Shown: positions 15,392 to 20,000 of the stretch, in pieces
How the letters are laid out: each line of letters starts with the position of its first letter
Position numbering within the stretch: the first letter of the stretch is position 1
IMG/VR virus record: IMGVR_UViG_3300021256_000108
Source: an uncultured virus (IMG/VR IMGVR_UViG_3300021256_000108)
Taxonomy: Duplodnaviria; Heunggongvirae; Uroviricota; Caudoviricetes
Direction: 5' to 3' (one strand)
Length of the DNA: 20,000 bases
Made by a program: the position numbers and the translations under genes
Notes under the pieces: generated by a model
The model's input: the letters and a program-made list of their open reading frames with translations, nothing else
Told to the model about the DNA's origin: nothing
Database searches by the model: none

Positions 15392-16262
15392 CAAGATAAA
15401 GTTTGTGAAGGATTGCGAGTTAAAGGACGGTAGAATTATACACGCTAAATCCGTGTGGGAAGTAAACGACACTAGCAAAGAATATTACCTGCTTAGGGGC
15501 GTAGAAAATAATTTTTTCGCAATGATAGGATATAAACTTACTGATGATAGTTGCGAAAAAATAAATACCGCGCCAAGCATAACAAAGCGGATAAATGATA
15601 AACACAATATTCTTAATGGGGTACTCAATTCGGACGGTAGTGTTGATGGTGGAAAGTTAATGGAGAAATTGGAGGAAAATCAAGTGTTTGTAATGAATGA
15701 TAGACCAAAAAGACCTACTACCCCTGCAAGTACCCCTGCAAGTACAGGACGAGAAGGGAAATTCAAGGTGGGCGATAATGTACAATTTGTAAGGACTTTG
15801 AGTTTCCCTAGTGGCGGTTATATAAAAAAGGGGACTGTTTGGGAAATAGTTGCATTGAATGATACAAGATATACTATCCTTTTAGTCGATGGCGAGGAAG
15901 GAGTAAAGGGAATTGGTTATAACATAAATTCATCAATCGACACAATAAACAGTTATTGTGAAAAGGTTGAAGCCAAGGGCAATGATTCGGAAGAAGCAAA
16001 GACAAAAGGTAGTCACTACGAAAAAGCGGCAATGCAACCGTTGGAGGTCATGCAACGTGTTATGACTAAAGAACAATTCAAGGGTTTCTTGTTTGGCAAT
16101 TTCTTAAAATATCGTATGCGTAGTGAGTTCAAGGGTCAGCATGATTCTGACGAATATAAAGCGCGGCAATATGCGTATTGGTTGGAAATGGTAAATGACG
16201 GTCATGTTATTAATCCGTCTAAAGACAAAGTACCATACGATTATAAATATAGCATTATCTAA
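15372..16262 (+). CDS. Multi-domain protein: two 'K(Y/F)KVGD' domains plus C-terminal DUF3310-like domain
   Basis: C-terminal 'SHYEKAAMQPLEVMQRVMTKEQFKGFLFGNFLKYRMRSEFKGQHDSDEYKARQY' matches the DUF3310 pattern HY...GN..KY..R...KG...D..KA..Y. Confidence 0.7.
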   Translation: MKYKVGDKIKFVKDCELKDGRIIHAKSVWEVNDTSKEYYLLRGVENNFFAMIGYKLTDDSCEKINTAPSITKRINDKHNILNGVLNSDGSVDGGKLMEKLEENQVFVMNDRPKRPTTPASTPASTGREGKFKVGDNVQFVRTLSFPSGGYIKKGTVWEIVALNDTRYTILLVDGEEGVKGIGYNINSSIDTINSYCEKVEAKGNDSEEAKTKGSHYEKAAMQPLEVMQRVMTKEQFKGFLFGNFLKYRMRSEFKGQHDSDEYKARQYAYWLEMVNDGHVINPSKDKVPYDYKYSII

Positions 16263-16285
16263 GGGCAAAACAGGGGGCGAGTTTT

Positions 16286-16651
16286 GTGTTGGAGAAACCA
16301 GAGGAATTTGAAAAAATGATGTGGGAATGTGCCAAAGGGAACATAAGCACAGAGGACGCGGCAAAACGGTGTGGAATGAAACGTGATACCTTCTATTCAT
16401 GGCTAAGAAAGAATGAAGAAGCCTACCAGATTTACAAGAAAAACAGCCCAATTCGGAAGAAGTCGGTTACTCCTACTAAGCGGTACTATGCTAGGGAATT
16501 TGAATTAGAGCAGGAGCGTAGGGCAAAAGAAGTAATGGCTGAATATCACGCTAAATGTAAAATCGCTGATAAGGTATCACGGGCAAGGGCATTAGGTATG
16601 TCTTATGGATATTATTCTGCATTGATTGTTAATGGGCTAGGTAAGATATAG
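16286..16651 (+). CDS. HTH DNA-binding protein
   Basis: 'ISTEDAAKRCGMKRDTFYSWLRK' HTH; C-terminal 'ARALGMSYGYY'. Confidence 0.65.
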   Translation: MLEKPEEFEKMMWECAKGNISTEDAAKRCGMKRDTFYSWLRKNEEAYQIYKKNSPIRKKSVTPTKRYYAREFELEQERRAKEVMAEYHAKCKIADKVSRARALGMSYGYYSALIVNGLGKI

Positions 16652-16665
16652 AAAGGTAGTTTTTA

Positions 16666-17586
16666 ATGCACATAGGCTTAATTGATGTGGATTGTACTAA
16701 ATATCCCAATTTAGTATTAATGAAATTGTCGGCGTGGTATAAGAAGCAAGGGCATACGGTAGAATTATTAAAGCCTATTGATGTTATGGGGGGAATTAAT
16801 TTATTTTCCCCTTATGACAAACTGATAGGGGCTTGTGTTTTCACAAAAAACATGCCTATTGTAAAAGATTTACGGGAACAAGGAGCAGAAATCGCGGGGT
16901 GTGGTACAGACGATAAAAGGGTGTTGCCGTATGAAATAGAACATATATATCCAGATTATTCATTGTATGGTATCGCAGATACGGCTTATGGTTTTCTTAG
17001 TCGCGGCTGTCCAAGAGGTTGCCCGTTTTGTATTGTAGCAGGGAAGGAGGGAAAGAAAAGTTATAAAGTCGCTAATTTATCTGAATGGTGGAATGGGCAA
17101 AAATTCATCAAACTGTGTGACCCTAATTTGTTAGCTTGCCCAGAACATAATGAATTGCTAGACCAATTAGCAGATAGCAAAGCAAAAGTAGACGTAAATC
17201 AAGGGTTTGACGCTAGACTTTTAACAGAGGATATTATTAAAAGAATGAATAAGATAAGATTTAGCGTGATTCATTTTGCATGGGATAATCCAAAGGATAA
17301 AATCATACAAGACAAATTATTAATGTTTAATGAGTTGTCAAATATTCAAGGCAAAGGAGCATACGCATTTAAAAAGGTATATTGTCTTACAAATTATTGG
17401 AGCACTTTTGAACAAGACTTATATAGAGTGTATTGGTTAAGAGATAATGGATTTGACCCTTATGTGATGATTTATGAAAAGGATAATGCTCCTTTAAAAT
17501 TAAGACACCTTCAAAGATGGGTAAACAATAAACTGATTTTTAGAAGCTGTGAAAGATTTGAAGATTATAACAGAAAGAAAGGTTGA
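16666..17586 (+). CDS. Radical SAM domain protein
   Basis: 'SRGCPRGCPFCIV' CxxxCxxC motif; N-terminal 'IGLIDVD...PNLVLMKLSAWYK'. Confidence 0.85.
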   Translation: MHIGLIDVDCTKYPNLVLMKLSAWYKKQGHTVELLKPIDVMGGINLFSPYDKLIGACVFTKNMPIVKDLREQGAEIAGCGTDDKRVLPYEIEHIYPDYSLYGIADTAYGFLSRGCPRGCPFCIVAGKEGKKSYKVANLSEWWNGQKFIKLCDPNLLACPEHNELLDQLADSKAKVDVNQGFDARLLTEDIIKRMNKIRFSVIHFAWDNPKDKIIQDKLLMFNELSNIQGKGAYAFKKVYCLTNYWSTFEQDLYRVYWLRDNGFDPYVMIYEKDNAPLKLRHLQRWVNNKLIFRSCERFEDYNRKKG

Positions 17587-17592
17587 TTATTT

Positions 17593-17928
17593 ATGCCAAC
17601 GAGAAGAAATTTAGATGGGGTTTATTTCCGTATTATGCGTGATGGCAAGGGTATCAATGTATGTTGGACTGATTTACAATGGGAAGATAGAATTGAATTT
17701 GCCCGTAAGAATAATAACGAGTCATGGCTTATTCAAATGATTCAGATTATGAATAGGGTTGCAGATGATTTACATAGGGCTTTTCCAGATATTTATATCA
17801 AGCCTGTTACATTGAAGGAAGGTAAAGCGGTCAGCAAAACATGGTTACGCAATTCGTTGTTTAGGATAACCGCTGATATTCGACTTGTTGCAGAAGAACA
17901 GGGCATTTTCGCAGAAGGACATGATTAA
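17593..17928 (+). CDS. Phage hypothetical protein
   Basis: 'RRNLDGVYFRIMRDGK...CWTDL'; SD AAAGGT. Confidence 0.65.
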   Translation: MPTRRNLDGVYFRIMRDGKGINVCWTDLQWEDRIEFARKNNNESWLIQMIQIMNRVADDLHRAFPDIYIKPVTLKEGKAVSKTWLRNSLFRITADIRLVAEEQGIFAEGHD

Positions 17929-17930
17929 AA

Positions 17931-18128
17931 ATGAATACCTATGTTGTCACATATAAATCTTTTACCACTTCCAAAACCATTGTCGTTAAGGCTATAGACA
18001 TACCGCAGATTCTTAGGTGGTTGAACAAAGATGGGAAGTATAAGCAGGTAGAAGGAAACGTGTGGAAAACAGAGGAAGATTCGTGCATTGTAATTAAGTG
18101 GGTAAAGGAGTATGTATTACATGAATAA
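17931..18128 (+). CDS. Hypothetical protein
   Basis: 65-aa ORF with SD AAGGA. Confidence 0.55.
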   Translation: MNTYVVTYKSFTTSKTIVVKAIDIPQILRWLNKDGKYKQVEGNVWKTEEDSCIVIKWVKEYVLHE

Positions 18129-18258
18129 AAGAGTATATATCATTCATGCGTTGTTGATGTTATTCTTATTTGTTTGGTGGTTAGTCGTTGATGATTTGAA
18201 TAATAAGCTGACTATAATATTTTTAATGACGGTGTTCACTTACTTGCAGAGAATATAG
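18121..18258 (+). CDS. Small two-helix membrane protein (45 aa, not in ORF track)
   Basis: SD AAGGAG; MNKRVYIIHALLMLFLFVWWLVVDDLNNKLTIIFLMTVFTYLQRI. Confidence 0.5.
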   Translation: MNKRVYIIHALLMLFLFVWWLVVDDLNNKLTIIFLMTVFTYLQRI

Positions 18259-18527
18259 GATAACCCTCCCGCCCCGTTAAGGTTTCGTTTTCTTATACAG
18301 TAAATAAAAATCAGAAAATGAAAGCCAATTCGGTGAAGTACCCACTCCCCCCTATGCAATCCACCCCCCGTGTAAAATTCCGCAAATGGATTATGACAAT
18401 CCAATTCGGTGAATGGAATCCAATTCAGTAGCCCCGCCGCCCAGAGCGCAGGGAGCGTGGAAACGGAGCAGGGGAAGGATTGTGCGTGGGGGTGCGCGTG
18501 GGGTGGTACAGAAAGCGCAATAAAGCC

Positions 18528-18556
18528 TTTACATTTTAGACTGATTATAGTATTAT
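18528..18556 (+). promoter_or_regulatory. Putative sigma70/sigmaA promoter
   Basis: TTTACA (18528-18533), 17-nt spacer, TATTAT (18551-18556) in an intergenic region; overlapped by one copy of a 16-bp direct repeat. Confidence 0.45.
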
Positions 18557-18605
18557 ACTAATAACAAGGTAACTATATCTGTTTAGACTGATTGTAGAGC
18601 GATAA

Positions 18606-18761
18606 ATAGCTATACTTGCTATTGATGTTGCTATTGTTATTGATGTTGATGTTGATGTTGTAATTGTGCTTGTTGTTGTGCTTGTTGTTGATGTTGCTAT
18701 TGTGCTTGTGCTTGCAATGGCTATTGTGCTTGCTATTGTTTTTGCATTTGCTATGGCTATG
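18606..18761. repeat. Degenerate tri/hexanucleotide low-complexity tract (GTTGAT/GTTGCT/ATTGTG/CTTGTT)
   Basis: Directly visible 3/6-nt periodicity over ~155 bp. Confidence 0.8.
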
Positions 18762-18786
18762 CGGAAAATGAGAAAGGTGAAAGAGA

Positions 18787-19059
18787 ATGAGAAAGAAAAC
18801 AATTAGTAAGGCTGTGAGGGAGCAGAATAAACGTATGGAGGAAGTCTGGAAAGCCGTTGTAGCGTCCGTCACGGCGGCTTACGGGTGCTTGCTCCCGCAG
18901 GGCGAAATTACGGTGCAGGTGGTCTTGTCATGGGCGCGGGAGGAATTTCTGGGCGTGTTGAAGCGCAATGGCAAGATTCTTGCGTGGAAACAGGACAAGG
19001 AGTTTGAGGAAGGAAACAACCGCCGTTACTTAGTCACGCTGAATACGGCGAAAATTTGA
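18787..19059 (+). CDS. Hypothetical protein (higher GC than upstream genes)
   Basis: 90-aa ORF with SD AAGGTG. Confidence 0.6.
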   Translation: MRKKTISKAVREQNKRMEEVWKAVVASVTAAYGCLLPQGEITVQVVLSWAREEFLGVLKRNGKILAWKQDKEFEEGNNRRYLVTLNTAKI

Positions 19060-19397
19060 ACGAGAGTTTTATATGAGCGAGAGGGCGAGTATAAGTTTTT
19101 TCTCACGGTGAACGGCGTGTAGCCCCAAAATTTTACGGGTGAGCCGTATATGAGCGTGGGGCGTGATGGGGAGGATTGATTTCTTCTTTGAATTTTTCCC
19201 TGCCGCCCCAAAATTTTACGATTTTGTCTTATATCAGCGGGAGGGGCTTTTGGACGAAAACCCTTTTTCCCCACGGGGGCGCGTCCGCCACGGGTGGACT
19301 GTCCGCGCCAGATGGACGGGAGGGCTTATCGTTTGCAAAGTCAAGTAATAATCATTATCAATTATATACAATAAAATTTTATACAATCAATTTACCT

Positions 19398-19505
19398 GCT
19401 GAACTGCCGCCCTCGCTGAACTGCCGCCCATCCTGCCGCCCATCCTGCCGCCCATCCTGCCGCCCATCCTGCCGCCCATCCTGCCGCCCTCGCTGACCTG
19501 CTGAA
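19398..19505. repeat. 12-bp tandem repeat (CTGCCGCCCATC)x5 with variant flanking units
   Basis: Exact copies at 19421-19480, flanked by GCTGAACTGCCGCCCTC (19398-19414) and CTGCCGCCCTCGCTGACCTGCTGAA (19481-19505). Confidence 0.9.
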
Positions 19506-19537
19506 TACATCCCACTATAGAAAAGGAATGATTTTAC

Positions 19538-19978
19538 ATGATGATGATGAAAACAAACAATAATAATCCCGCTGACCTGCCGAAACTAAAAAAAGATGGC
19601 ACGCCAGATAAAAGACGGTTTAATCATGGTACTATCGGGAATAAAGGAAATAAGCACGCTATGGGGAAAAAAGCAACGAACAAAGAAAAAATGTTGGGTT
19701 TGTCATTTGTAGCGAATGAGCGCGAATACAACTTAATTAAACAGTTTAGCCAGATTTTAAGAACTGACCAAACAGCCGCCCAAACCATCATAAATAAATT
19801 AGGTTCAATTCCCGCCAAACGCGCTGAACGTGACAGCACGCGAAAAACGCGCTCTGTAAGATGTATAAGCACAAACAAAGACATCTTAAAACGCGCTATA
19901 GCTATCATTAAAGACAGATATTACTTATGTTATGATGTAATAGCTGAATATGCAGAAAAACAAAAAACTACTATATAA
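19538..19978 (+). CDS. Basic putative DNA-binding protein
   Basis: SD AAAGGA; K/R-rich, with 'KKDGTPDKRR', 'GNKGNKHAMG' and two strand-helix segments reminiscent of ribbon-helix-helix motifs ('LSFVANEREYNLIKQF', 'RKTRSVRCISTNKDILKRAI'). Confidence 0.55.
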   Translation: MMMMKTNNNNPADLPKLKKDGTPDKRRFNHGTIGNKGNKHAMGKKATNKEKMLGLSFVANEREYNLIKQFSQILRTDQTAAQTIINKLGSIPAKRAERDSTRKTRSVRCISTNKDILKRAIAIIKDRYYLCYDVIAEYAEKQKTTI

Positions 19979-20000
19979 TGCTATCCAGATGGGGGCGTGC

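Noticed and set aside
156..16451. Minus-strand ORFs from the six-frame track
   Set aside because: All are short shadows of well-supported, SD-bearing, translationally coupled + strand genes and show no recognisable motifs.
18545..18872. Minus-strand Thr/Ser/Ile-rich and Asn/His-rich ORFs
   Set aside because: These frames are open because of the tri/hexanucleotide repeat; I saw no convincing SD.
19241..19270. Rho-independent terminator
   Set aside because: The stem (AGGG..TTTT/AAAACCCT) is weak and bulged with a short U tract, and it lies far from the upstream stop.
19026..19496. ORFs 19026..19274(-), 19163..19348(+) and 19176..19496(+, CRPS repeats)
   Set aside because: They are mutually overlapping frames in a GC-rich repeat region, and the CRPS repeat is simply the translated 12-bp DNA repeat. 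19163..19348 cannot be fully excluded.
19538..19978. Terminase small subunit
   Set aside because: Only a weak GNKGNKHA resemblance; the rest does not support it and no large subunit is visible in the window.

Overview
This window is a segment of a tailed phage or prophage genome, AT-rich and with Bacillota-like gene content, carrying tightly packed genes almost all on the + strand. It opens with the 3' end of a Cro/XRE-like HTH gene and a lambda-style replication module: an initiator with internal iterons, a DnaC/IstB-like loader and a DnaB-like helicase. The standout is at 3999-5800. A nuclease-free IS110/Nop-fold protein gene is followed directly by a ~930-bp non-coding array of about 26 units with a 35-36 nt period. 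Each unit has two alternating conserved repeats (GAnTGAAyCA and GATTTTwC) separated by two variable 8-10 nt spacers. This is the architecture of a TIGR-Tas (TasA-type) RNA-guided DNA-targeting locus, not CRISPR and not an IS element. The middle is a long run of small accessory ORFs (MazG-like, YkgJ-like, YopX-like, several Lar-like Zn-ribbon proteins, a PD-(D/E)xK resolvase-like nuclease, DUF3310-like, radical SAM), many joined by recurring SD/start/stop junction motifs that suggest cassette-like shuffling. The last 1.7 kb is GC-shifted, gene-poor and repeat-rich. All calls come from reading motifs by eye; no searches were run.
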